Source: Balanoglossus misakiensis (Eukaryota > Animalia > Hemichordata). From it: DNA of 64,000 nucleotides. This document shows, piece by piece, positions 24,473 to 37,431 of this stretch (positions are counted from its first letter, which is position 1; the number at the start of each line of letters is the position of its first letter). The stretch lies in contig CM082595.2 in NCBI GenBank assembly GCA_040954595.2, positions 3,643,943-3,707,942 of the forward strand. The letters are read 5' to 3'. The notes beneath the pieces were generated by a model that saw only the letters and a list, made by a program, of their open reading frames with translations, ran no database searches and was not told where the DNA came from. The translations under genes and the position numbers were made by a program.

Positions 24473-27020
24473 ATCTGTCCACTTATATCGCCACTCTGTA
24501 GACGTATTCCAAATAGTGAAACATTCATTCATCAATTATATTTTTTAAAAAGGGGGGTTTTGAAAACTTGTATATTGGAACAAAATTGTGTATCAGTCTC
24601 TGGCAAAGGCTTAATGAGAATCTGTTTTATTTTCAAAATATCAATAGAATGTTGGATGTATTTCAGATTATAGATTAAATTTCAGACTTCTATAGACAAA
24701 AATTTTGCCAGTTGATCTCAGAAAGAAAAAAAAACGTCTGGAGAATCAGGGGAGTTTGTAGGGAATTATGCACACTGGTATTTATTATGCTATTAACAAA
24801 AGTGGTCTGTATTTTTAACATGGAATTTAAGGGGAGAAAAAAAACACTGGAAGTTTTGGTTTCTCTGGTGCAGACAAGCAGCTGTATGTTGTTTACCGCT
24901 TCTTGGTCCCAGGAGAGATTAAGCGAACGAATCAGAAGTAAGAATAGATTTGGTAAATTCTGTGGTGGCATATCAGTGAACCTAACCATTCGCGTGATTG
25001 GACAAGAGAATCATGTATATTTGCATGTGCGCTGGTTTCAGACTCGGCCCACATAATTGTACTGATTTCAGATTTATATAGGTGTTTACTCGAACCTGAC
25101 TTGTGTAGAAAAGTAAAGCAAGTGTGTGTATATGTGTCCTCTGAATTAATTATTCATGGCTATATTCTCATTGCTAGTGAGCATCGGCATTTGTATTACG
25201 AGAAATGTCACTCATTATAAAAGCATTTCATCCGTATTTATAGAGTTCATGGTCAAGTGTAGACATCCTTAGACTGTCTTTTTCCTGTTAGTGCTATGGC
25301 CCATGCGATGAATTTGTGTTGTACAGATCCAGAAAAAAATCCCCCTTGCTCTTTTTATGTGACATTCACATGGTACTGGTTGTGTTATCACATGCGAGAA
25401 CAGTGCTGATCACATGATCGGCGCATGTCGGGCATGTGATGCTCACATGGAAGGTACCTGGTGTTGGGTTTGTCCTTTGTCACGCGTGCTGCACGTGCTA
25501 ATCACATGAGCAGCACACGCGACTTCACACACAGTGATCTTCACGAAGACTTGTGTGTTGCATGTGACAATCACATGACAACTCTAAAATCATGCGACAT
25601 TCACATGATAGTCATGTGGTGTTCACGTGCACGACTCGTTGATCACATGACTGATATCTAGTCCCCCCCATCGCCCTCAAACTCACCAAAATGTCAGGTC
25701 AAAACGCAATTAACAATTATTTATCAATTTGTCATCGCCGACAGCTTTTTATTTCGTTTTATTTATTTTATGATTTTTGTAGAATGGAACATTAAAAGGC
25801 AAGAGGGGATAACAATAAATTCATTTTGTGTGGCCCTTGTATGTTAAATTGTAAATTAAGTTTATTCATATGTCTTTGTGTCATCCTAGCATCTCACATT
25901 GTAATTAAGCACATTTCTATTTCTTGATCTCTGCTCACTCTTTTTAAAAAGTTTATTTTAAACAATTTGTAAAGCGTATAATAGCAAAAATACCTGACAG
26001 TATTTTATTCACACTTCCTTTATGAAGATTTCCAGCCCCTCGAAATTGTTTTCTTTCCTTTCTTTTTTTTTGCAAAAATATTGTCAAAGTTTTAAAAAAA
26101 AATGAGGGACTATGGTATGGAATCACCCGTAACTTCTCTGTGTTTTTTAAAAATAGAGAGCTGTGAAAGATTTGTTGTACAATAAAATATGTAACACAGA
26201 ATTCTGGTTGTCTGTTGTTATTTCACGAAATCTTGGTGATTTCTGATGTGTTCCAACTGAGCTAAGTGGTACAATTAGACGTCCATTGGTGTTTGCACAA
26301 GTTGATCATACAAAATGAGGTCTGAACTCAAACTCCCAGATTATGTGGAATGTTTGTAGACATTGACTGTCAAAATCACTGTATGATCCCAGTATAATTA
26401 TAGAATATCTGATAATGAACGTAATCAATGAAGTAAACAGGCAGATTCACATTATTGACAATATGTGCATGGTCGTGCGCCACCATGAATCTCCTTTTGT
26501 TTTTCTGGCGTTCAGTTCTGCGCCCAACAAAGATCAATCCAGCCAGTGAGGGCACTTGATGAAACTCAGTTGCTCTGGTTGGGTGTCAGGATTGACATTA
26601 TTCTTGAACTAGTAATATGGCATCAAATCCGGTCGGGAATTGAAAGAAGCTTAAAGAATGCTTGTTAATGAATTCAATGAAATGCGGATGCTACAGTGAC
26701 CATTAAAATTAATATGTACAAGCCAAAGTTAACCGAAAACATCACAGAAAAGTTTTTAAAAGTTTAGCTGCCAGGAAAAGGCACACCACACGACACTGTG
26801 TTAAAAGTAAACTTCTCCTGTTGTACATACAGAAAAGGCATATTGGCTGACATTATTTTTCAAAGATAGCTCTGCCCCCCTCATATATCAAGATAAATCT
26901 CCCTTTAGACATTTCAGAAGGGAAAATCGTTATCAGATGCCCGGATCCGTTCCAGGCGTTGACAGATTGTAATTATCAGCCACTGAGGGCGCTAATCGAT
27001 CCGTTCCAACAGGTCAAAGA

Positions 27021-27030
27021 CCGCCATCTT
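27021..27030 (+). promoter_or_regulatory. YY1-type motif CCGCCATCTT upstream of the POM121-like ATG
   Basis: Match to CCGCCATNTT about 40 nt before the start codon, typical of housekeeping promoters. Confidence 0.5.
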
Positions 27031-27068
27031 GAAAACTGAAATGAACGAAGCATGGAAGTAGTGTCAGT

Positions 27069-30000
27069 ATGGACAAATTCGTAGACCGTCGACTTTATGT
27101 CATCGGCGGCGGTATTTCAGGGCTTTTCTTAATCTCCTATATTCTGCAGATAAGTTTTTTTACTTTGGTACTTTTTACATTGTTCTGTGGTACTTTAATC
27201 GCCGCCGTTATCCTTCGCTGGAGGTCGCCAGATAACGTCGTCTCGTTTGAAAACAAGACTTCACACATGCAAAATCACAGGCTTGATTCTACCAGTAGCA
27301 GGCTGGCTGATGCAGCGGCCGACGGAGAAAACTTTAACCCCGTGCCACACAGGACAGGGCAGAACAAGCAGCACGGCAGCAGTTTTTCGCGTTCGCCGAT
27401 CCAGATAAACCGCCGACCCAGGTTCCAATCACCAGCTGGTCCGCTTCTGCACTCGCCGTTGTCAGCTCTACACACTCCTGCCAATTCTCCCATATCGCCG
27501 GTATCCGTGTCAGCCAAGAGATATAACTTCAGGTTAGTGGGGTTCAAGGCCAGGACTAGCGATAGCCATTGTCTGTAAAAGATCCTTGACCGTGTCCCCA
27601 GTCATGTCAGTATCCTTGAGGAGCTGTCGAAATGGACCATAGACATATTGGATTTCTTGACCTTGAAGTAAAGGTCAGGCGTTTGTATGTTACACTGTAT
27701 GTTCACACACGAAGAACCTTAGTCCTGGTTTGCCTTTAAGTTTAATTGATTGATATGACGTAATAATTAAGAAAAATACTGAATTGTGTTTCAGGTTACA
27801 ATGATGGACTTGCAGTAATCCTATCATGTTATGCTCTGCATTGATATTGGCCTTATTTCTTTTACTCTGCAGTTCTACAGAACAGCCCACAGTACTGCCC
27901 CACGTGGAATTCACAAGTCCCCGCTACACTCTCGTACCCAACCGCAAGTACCCCACCCACCAACCGCAGTACTCCAGTCTGGGATTTCTGCCGCCGGTCA
28001 AATGGAGGGGAGGCAACTCCTTCAAGGACACCCTCAGTCCCCTGAGTCCGCTCGCCCGGAATAAAATCGCCAGTCCCGTCACGGTGAAAATTGCTTCCGT
28101 CAGGAGTCCTAGTCCACTGTAAGTGTTCAGCAAGCCCTATACAGAACTGCTACTATTTTTGGTACAACCCTATGTGTACAGTGGTGTGGGCTCTTGTGCC
28201 ACCCACTGAAAATCTGTGATTGGCTGGATTGTAATTTGCCATGGTAACTGTTTCTAAATCAGTGACTGTGTACCTTTAAAGCTCAATACATTGGGTCTGT
28301 CGGAATGGACATTGAAGAGACTTTGTGGGTTTTTCTGGCATCATCCATCGTTACACCAGCACTGAGCAGTTAATAATTTCTGTGCTTGCAGGTTGCAGAG
28401 TCTGAGGGAGCGATGTGCAGACGACAGGAAGGCAGATCCGCTGAACAAAGAGACGGTGTTGTCAGCGCTCAGGGAGAGTAAAAAGAGGAGCGTAAGAGAC
28501 CAGGATGAAGAGACGAGCAGTATTGCATCATCTGTAGAAAAAGATGCTAAGAGAAGGTAAGTGTGGAAGATCAGCACTCTGGGGTTATAAACAATGTATG
28601 GTGTTTATGGACAAGAGCTTTGTGTGTGGTGTGGTTGGATTATCTCAAGTGTGTCATGAATGCAGCCCGAGTCCTTTGTAGCTGTAGAAGGCTTACACTC
28701 TGCATCTTATCAAGCATTTCAAAACCTGCATTTGTATGCTAGAAGCCAACACACACACTCACTACATCATTTCTGCCATTGCAGGCGATACGAAAGTTCT
28801 GCGTCCAGCACGTCCACCTTTGCTACAGCCAGTCCTAATGTGTCGGGCAGGAACTCTCCGATGCCGAATGGTGGCTTGACTATCCCTGGTAGACTGTTTT
28901 CCGGTGTGAAGAGGCCCGCCAGTCAGGATAGCTCCGATTTGCATCCGGGAAGCAGTCAGAAGAAGACGCGGAATGCAATTGATAGCTCTTACAGTTCTAT
29001 GAGGAAGGTGAAGAAAAAGGCAAGCTGGGTTTATCTTGTTGTCTGCCCCCACACATCAGAACCCCTCTCCTCTCCATAGCACCCAAACCCCACATGTGTA
29101 ATAATGAATTTACTTGAGACTTCTTGTCAACATCTGTCATCTTTGTTTGCTGTGCAGAGCTTGGAGCCGGAAAGCGCCCAGGTGAAAAGAAAAGTAACAT
29201 ACGATGAGGAGAGTGACGCATCATCGTCCAAGACACCGCGAAGAAAACTCTCAAGTCTTGAGAAAGATCCCTCAGAAAAAGACAGGTCAGTGTTCAATTA
29301 ACCCTTTCGCCACCATGGTTTAATCCAAATCCATTGTTCTCTATGGTAAAGTTGAACCTCTAGAGAGGGTACTGGGGGTTATATCAACCCCTGTTGATGG
29401 GACAAGTCCATGGCATTTCATCATTCATGTAGAATATGGACTGATGTTAAAAATTTGATTATTGTAGAGATTCATCATCTGTGAGAGACGACTCGTCTGA
29501 TGAGGAACAGGAAGACAAAACAACAGAGAGTGCGATAAAAGAGAAGGTCTCCTTGAAAACACCAAAAGAGATGGCTCCCAGGTTACTCAAGAAGACCAAC
29601 GCTTCCCTTAGGAAAAGAGTCCCAGTGTTTAGTGCGTTAACTGACAAAGATCTGTTGGTTAGTAATATTGTGTGGTCTCAGATTAATCTGTTAATCTCAG
29701 CCATCCACCCCTTTGGTGTGGGGTTGGTAGTGGTCAGTCAACATTTTATCAGCAACTTCATGAATCTTCCTGAATATTTTTAGCCCACAATTTTGAACCG
29801 TCCAACATACACCGCAGTTAGCAATATTTCATTGTGGAAAATTGAAAGTAAAATGTGAAATCATTGCTTCAGGAAACAACTGACAAATGCTTTTTCTCAT
29901 TTATTCACTGGTAGGTTCCGCCGTCACCGTACAGGTACACTCAGGATGATGTGGCAGAGGATAGGAGGCGAGCTGCGGAAAGAGTCCAACAAATGATGCA

Positions 30001-33000
30001 AGCTGTGGAAAAGGCACCACAAAGCAACAAAGGTAGGGACAGGGCAGACACTGTGTTAGAAGATATATCTCGCGCTACATGTATATCTATATGATTTGGT
30101 ACAATCTGGTTGTTTTGAGCGGTGTAGTTTCAAACTTGTATTGTGAATTGGAGGGTGATATTTCCCCCCACAGTTTACATATTCAAGACTCATGTTGCCT
30201 TATTTTTTGTTTCTGCACAGGTGAAGGGAAAACTCAGGACATCAAACCAGAACTACCTTTCTTCTCAACCCCTACGGTCAGCAAAGCGTCCGTTCTATCG
30301 TGCTCAGGGTTAGGTCTGCAGACTTCAACAGCTGCGACCACCACAGCAGCACCAGCAACAGCAAGTGTTGCAGCATCAACGACATCATCCACTGCAGCCA
30401 TGCCATCCATCACAGTGAATGCAGCCAAGCCGTCGGATAAGACAGCCGGTTCTACAGTGACCACATCCACAGCAGTGACCGGTTTTGCCAGTCAGCCTGC
30501 AGTTAGCCAGAGCAATCCTCTGTTGACTGCGGGGGATAGGAGTAAACTTGGGGGTTTGGCGCAGACAGCTTCAGGACAGAGTGGAGGGCTGGAGAGTATC
30601 CTGCAGAGTTCTAAACCAGGCGCTGCGGGCAGTACTGCAGTGGACACCGCCAAGTCAAGTAGTGTTACTTCTGGACTGTTCAGTTTTGGAGGCACTGCAG
30701 CAGGTAGCGCTGCAACGACCACTGCAGCACCAGGAAGTGTGGGGCAGAAACCAGTGAACCTTGGAGTTGCTACCACCCAGCCGCTGTCAACCGGTCTTGC
30801 CGGGATTGGGAGTACACTGTCATCTACATCCACTGCGACGCCATCGCAGCTGACGTCGATTGCAGCTCCAACCGCTACCACGTCCGCTTCCGTTGCAAGC
30901 TTTCCGTCGGCTTCAAACTTGAGTGGAGTTGCAGGAGGTATCAATTTCCAGGCAACATCATCAGCACCCACTAGCTCGGTCACCACAGTGACTACCACAA
31001 GCACGGCCGCAAGATCGCTTTTCACTGCAGCGACGTCGCAGAACGCACCGACTTCGACCGCGGCAACCAGTAGTGCAGCAACTGGACTTTTGCCTGGTGC
31101 GGTAAGCGCTGACCTCTTCGGTCAAAAACCTCCCAGTTCTGCAGGATTTTCTGTTCAGGCGCCAGCCTCAACAGCGAGCACCGCCTCTGCCACACAGACT
31201 AGCGCCGCTCCAGCAGGTGGATTCACGTTTGGAGCTCCCGTGAAGGCAGAGACTGCTGCTACATCTTCAGTGCTGCAGACACCGTTCTCAAACATCGGTC
31301 AGACCACCGCAGCTCCGTCAGCGACGACAGTGCCCGCTGCAGCGACCACTGCCCCTTCGTTTACACCCGTGTTCGGACTTCCGTCTCAGACCACACCATC
31401 GACGGCTCCCGGCCAATCGAAGATGCCAGCCATCGGCTTCAGTGGCCAGCCGAGCTCCACGTCGAACATCGGTGGATTTACTTACACACTGCCATCTCAG
31501 ACAACTCAGACCGCCACAGGTACGACCAAAACCAGCACTGCCAACCTGGCTGGTGGCATGAACTTCACCCCAGGAGCCCAGACCGCCGGTATATCATCTG
31601 CAGGACTGTTCCCAGCGGCCACCGTAACGATGACAGGTACAGCTCAGCCAGCCTCTACTGCAGCCGGTGGAGGATTCAGTTTCAACAAGCCAGGAAATTT
31701 CACGTCGTCTCCTTTCCCCGGGACAGCAGCAGCCACCAGTGCCGGCCCCTCAACCACGACCAGCGCAACTCCATTGCCGGGTGGATTCGGATCCCGGCCA
31801 GCCGCCCAGACAAGCCTGTTCGGAACTGCAGCCACGAGTTCGGCTCCTGCCCCAGCGACGGCGTCCGGGTTCGCCTTCGGTGGCTCGGGAAGTCAGCCGG
31901 CTTTTGGAGCTGCCACTGCGGCCACTCAGAGTCTGGGTGCGTTTGGCACGACCGCGACAACACAGAGTGCGTTCGGAGCTTCTGGATTGGGTACGGCCAC
32001 GACGCAGAGTGCGTTTGGCGGCTCCACAGCGGCACCGTTCGGTGGCATGACACAAACTGCAGGTAGCGGTGCTAATGCTCCAAGCGCATTTGGCGGTACA
32101 TCTACATCAGCGTTTGGAGGGCAGCAAGCAACTGGAACCAGTTTCGGAGGGCAGCAGCAGCAGCAGGGGGGAACTGGATTCGGAGGGCAGGCACCCGGAT
32201 TTGGAACCCAGTCAGTGTCCGGCTTCGGAGGGCAACAGCAGCAACAGCAGGCCACCACTGGATTCGGAACACAACCACAGACGAGCGCCGGATTCGGAAC
32301 ACAGCAACAAACAACTGCCTTCGGAATGCAACAACAACAACAACAACAGCAGCAACAGACTGGCGCTGGATTTGGAACCCCAGCTCAACAGTCAGCGCCT
32401 TTCAACTTCACAGGAGCAGCAAGCACCGAATCAAAACCTTTTGCGTTTGGTGAGACATCTTGACTTCCTTTTGATTTTGTACCATACTGATAACCCATAT
32501 AATTTGTCCAAAAAATAGCTTAGCATTCATGTTTAGAACACAATCTGGACAAGTGAGTTACATGTAGTAAAGTCTACAAAACAGTGGACAGGGATTGGTG
32601 AATAAGATTCAGTTGCTGATGATGATTATGTAGACAGGCCCCTCTGGATAGCTATGTCAGAGCAAACTCTCAAATCTAAATTTGCTTATGTGCTTATATA
32701 AGCATTTTATGCATGTGCATCTGTGTGTGTTTGTACACGTGTTTTGTGCCGTTATTTCAGTTGCAGTTCAGCAATTTTTGTTTCGTTTTTGTGTTTAGGA
32801 GCATCCTCAGCTGCTGCAGCACCCTCCGCTACTAGTGGCTTTAATTTCAGTGCAGGGGGCACATCATCGCCTGCGTTTGGTCAGAGCACGGCCGCAGCGC
32901 CGAGTGGGGCACCGTTCAGTTTTACCGGTCAGTCTTGGGTTTACATCAGAGTCGTGATTTTTTATCGTTTCATCCTTTTGTTTTCTTGTCTGCATGATGG

Positions 33001-33487
33001 CTGTTCTTGTTGCTCACAGACCTGGTCACCTGCTTGCCTTGAATGATATTGATTGTTGGAGCAGTTTTGATTACATGTCCCAGTAGAAATACGCCAGTCA
33101 CCAGCTAGCCTTGATAGTTTCAAGAAACACATCAAGACTTATCTGTTTAACAGAGCCTATTAACAGTAACTTTACATTGGAATTTTGACATTGAACACTA
33201 TTGCAGTGGAGTTTGGCGCTCTATAAATCTCTTTGATTGCTTGAAATCTGCCTGTCAACGTTAAATCAGAAATTGAATGACATGTATAATGTTACCTCTT
33301 TCTTCTTCTCCAACCAGGTGGTAGCACGCCGACAGCCAATCCCTTCACCCCAGGTGCCGCGCCCAGCACCCCTTCCATTGGTGGATTCTCCATGGGTTCC
33401 AGTGCCGTGCCCAACACTCAATTCTCCCAGACGCGAGCTCAACGACTCAAGAAAGCCAGAGCCAAGTATGCCAAGCCGAGGCAGTAG
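27069..33487 (+). CDS. pom121: POM121-like transmembrane nucleoporin
   Basis: Exons 27069-27532 (N-terminal hydrophobic segment), 27873-28118 (RKYPTHQPQYSSLGFLP, SPVTVKIA), 28392-28556 (DPLNKETVLSALRE), 28785-29007 or 29019 (RRYESS, RNAIDSSYSS), 29158-29285, 29468-29657, 29915-30032, 30221-32449 (Ser/Thr/Ala-rich, many FG repeats), 32799-32927, 33318-33487 (FSMGS...RAQRLKKAR). Motif order matches vertebrate POM121 as I recall it. Confidence 0.88.
29298..29381. mobile_element. ~90 bp piggyBac-like MITE copy in a POM121-like intron
   Basis: ttaaccctttcgccaccatggttt...gggggtta. Confidence 0.7.
33055..33230 (+). mobile_element. 3'-end fragment of a CR1/L2-clade LINE
   Basis: Degenerate frame ending SLDSFKKHIKTYLFNRAY*, resembling the CR1/L2 ORF2 C-terminal FKxxLKTxLF motif, followed by an L2-like gcgctctataaat tail. 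Confidence 0.65.
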
Positions 33488-35818
33488 GACCAAAACCTAG
33501 GGTGTTTTTTATACGTGACTTATCAAGAATGTGAGTTATTTGAATGCTTCTGTATTAAAATAATCATGAATTCGCAACAGTAAATTTTGAGGTGTGAGGC
33601 CTGCTAAGATTTGAAAAACGTTTTGTTTGACAGCAATTAAAGTACTTTCAGCGAATATACTAATCTTCAGTTTTTATTCCGTAAATGTTAAAAGCATCAT
33701 TCAAAGTGTAAATGTTTCTCTTGTGTTAGTTGTTCTGTAAGTTGGACATTTATGTCAATCTTGTGCTTTCTTGGGTAGTGGTCTTCAGTTGTAGCATACT
33801 TGGGCATTTATGTCATTCTTGAATTATCTGTTGTATTTCAATGTGTAAAACAGATGTCTTTTCCAGCAGTGAGGACATTATTTCTCCTAAAATGACACCT
33901 ATTTATTTTGGCTTACTAATTGTTGCGTTGATTGCCACATTGTCATTTGTGTACAATCTGCAAAAACAATATCCACGCCACCATTATGAAAAAAAGGGTA
34001 ATTTGTATTTCCCAGGATCAAAAGATGTCTTCAAAATTTCCAACTTCTATGAAGCAAAATGTGTGTTTTGAATTTTCTTGTATTCAAGTTATAAGATGAA
34101 GAGTTTGAGTATTTGAGGGCTTTCCAAAAATAGCTGACAGTTGTAAGATTGGAGGATTGATATAGTGAACAATATGGCATTTCTTAATTAACGAAAAAGA
34201 TTGTACTTTTTATACCTTATTATGAATAATGTGTGAGGAAATTGATGCATGTTTTGTAGTATACTATTGACATTGCAATTTCTGACCAAATTCTTCAGAT
34301 TTCTTCAAATATTATTGTCTTTATTTTCACTGTATGAGAGTGTGTGTATGGGTTGAACAGACTTCAAGTGATAAAAATATAAATGTGTGTGAATTTCTGT
34401 TTGGCCTGAACAAAATTGGTGCTAAAATTACAAGACAAAAAAACATATTTATTTTGGATATTTTTATTGTAAAATTTTGGATAGTCACATTGGAAATGTT
34501 TTCTTATGAAGGTTTTCAGTGAAAACCCATATGCACTCTCTGGATGTAAATAAAATGTAATTTATGTACGTCTTGGTTATTGTGGTGTCTTTATTAGAAT
34601 TTTGCTGTTAGTTTCGAAGACCTGGATGACGTCAGGTTTGCAATAATAATAGACCAAGGAAGCAATGGCGCATGTGCCTGTGATATACGTGATTGTGATC
34701 ACCCCCTCCCAAGATCTAATGGCCCGTCCCTAAATCAAGAGAGCGTGGGCGGGGCTGATGCATCACAAACAGTGATGTCTCTGACAAGAATAGAACATCA
34801 ACTGATAATAATATGGTATTGGTTTAATGATTGACTTTAATTGTTAATTTGTGTCCCTCGTCGTCTAATTTATGTGGGGACGAGACTCACATGCGCCAAA
34901 CAAACACATACTTCCATTGAAAGCCGAGACATCTGGCCGAGTACATATACATGTAATACGTTCCCGTTACTGAAGCTGGCTCAAGCAAACTCGGTACGTC
35001 GGTTGCTTTACTGTATTTGATTTTGTGAGATTTTGTGATTTAGATTTACAAGAGGCTGTCTCTAGCTCTCTCTGTCGCCTCTCGCTCGCTGTTTCTGTAT
35101 CTATCTTTCTCTCTCTCTCGTTTTGAAGCGCCCCTGGCTACCTCAGGGCATGCAGGTCATAGTCACGATTACGTTGCGGTTGCGCAACTGTTAACCGTTA
35201 GGGACGACCCAATTCACAATAGTGGTGGAAACAAAGGCCTTCGTGTCTAACAGTAACAGTGCACGTGGTTGGTTCTGCTGTTCGTAGATATCGCTTCATC
35301 CAATCTAATCAGGAAAACCTACACAGATCACATGTCAAACACTGTGTATATTTGGCTATTGGCACCCCTTCATTTATCGACTATTTTGTAGGTCAAAATA
35401 TCTTCCTAATATAGTCGAAAAATACCTGCTTTCAAATCAGCAAAAACTTTGTCTAGTAGTAGTAGTAGCCATTGACGTTTGAAAGACACGGTCGTCCATG
35501 GTTTAACCATCTAAATTAACAGAATACTCCCAACAATCTTTCATTTTGACTGTCAAAATTACATCATGAATAACGTCAGTATTAATATTGTCAAAAGTGC
35601 CTCTTCTGTCAGAAGCCTGTCGACAGTCTTGGTGGTCTAGGTGACGTCAGACTTGTGATTGGAAGGATTAAGTATTTTCTTTTCAATGATCACTCGGCAA
35701 ATATAAGAGGGATCGTCAGATTTTCCACTCGGCAAATATTTGATGATTTGGGTCAAATCATCCGTGAACTGCTCTTTGACTAGTTTTGTTTCAATTTCAC
35801 CAGACAGGTCGTGAAGAG

Positions 35819-37399
35819 ATGGCTGCTGCCAACGATGGGACGAGAAGACAGGGCGGTATGGCACTTCAATGGAATGATATCACGGTCAAGATAAAGGACA
35901 AGACAGTCCTGCAACATATCAGCGGGATTTCGCAACCCGGTGAAGTGTTAGCTTTAATGGGACCAAGTGGTGAGTCATCCAAAACTGTAGAGGCATGGCA
36001 GTTAAAAAGTTGGTGCGGTATAATATGTAACTACAGTATGTAATCATTATCTGGGGGTATTGTGTTGTGCCCCCCCCCCACCCAGGGGATAGGTCTGTTG
36101 TGTCAGTCTATGCCCACAGAAATCTACAGACATACCTGTAGTTTGTTTTACGCATGTTGTCAGCAGTCAACGTCGCCTACCGCCCCTATCTACGTCACCA
36201 TCTTTACTTTAATGTCAGAGTTGAACCGTTAAACAAACATTTTTACAATGATCTGTGGTTCAGGGTACGTCGGATTTCTGCGCAACGTTTTGTGTCACAA
36301 GTGTTTCGCAAGATAGGATTTCAGATTGAAATAGTTGGCAGATATCTCGCCATACCCATAGGACTACTCATGCATTGTCGACTTTAACAGAATGAACCAG
36401 CTCGAAATGTTTGAATCTACAAATGGTTCTCCTCTTAGTATGAAAACCATATAAGAGAAAACTGGACAGATGAATGTGCAGAACGAAATACTCAGTCTGA
36501 AATTTAAGCTATCGCAAGATTTGAATATTTTGAAGGTGAATTCAACAGCTCGTATGCGACTCCACAAATTCATTAATATTGAACACGTCGCACTTTCCAC
36601 GTCTTCCACCAACAGGTTCTGGAAAGACGACGTTGTTGAACGTCTTGTCCAAACGCCACACAGACCTGGAAAGTGGTTCTGTCCTCATCAATGGCAAGCC
36701 ACTCACCAAAAGATTAAGACGCAAGATATGCTATGTTCTCCAAGAAGACATATTCTTCGATTGTCTGACGTTGAGAGAGCAGTTGGTGGTATGTATACAC
36801 TCTTAATTCGTAATATACGACTTGTTTTTGTGTCCGGTAGTTTTATCTGGTTGAAAGTATATATGTGTTAACAATGGCACAAATATTCATCGTATGCTCT
36901 TTAAAATGTTTCAGTTCACTGCAAGGTTACGACTTCCCAGTTCGGCCACCAAATCGGCCAAGATGAAGAAAGTGGACGACATAGCCGACATCCTTGACGT
37001 CAGGAAATGTTTAGACACAAGTAGGTATCTTTGTCGTGTGAGCGTTGTGATTCTGGTTTCTGTATTTCAATGATGGCGCTTAGTTTTTGGAGAAAAAGGA
37101 CAGTGAAGAACCGACAACTACTAGTATCGTAGCAGAACTCGTGCAACCATCTGGAGACTTGCATGTCGCTGGTAAATGACCAGCGAGCATCATTAAAATA
37201 CACGACAATAATTCGATTTTTGTTTCTTTTTGGAAACGCAGAAATCGGGAGTCTGGCATCCAAGGGTCTCTCCGGAGGAGAGAAGAAACGGGCAAACATT
37301 GGATGTGAGCTGATGACCGATCCTGATATATTGTTGCTAGATGTAAGACAAATATTTGATAAGAGATTAGGAATTTTCTTGGTGGGGATGGTGGTGGTC

Positions 37400-37431
<32 letters not shown>

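Larger units (their letters stand above)
23117..26200 (+). other. probable long dvl 3'UTR ending near an AATAAA signal
   Basis: Non-coding U-rich sequence after the stop; AATAAA at 26181 followed by a GU-rich element; earlier AATAAA near 25815. Confidence 0.5.

Noticed and set aside
30234-32518. several overlapping alternative-frame and antisense ORFs
   Set aside because: Shadows of the GC-rich, low-complexity FG exon of the POM121-like gene.
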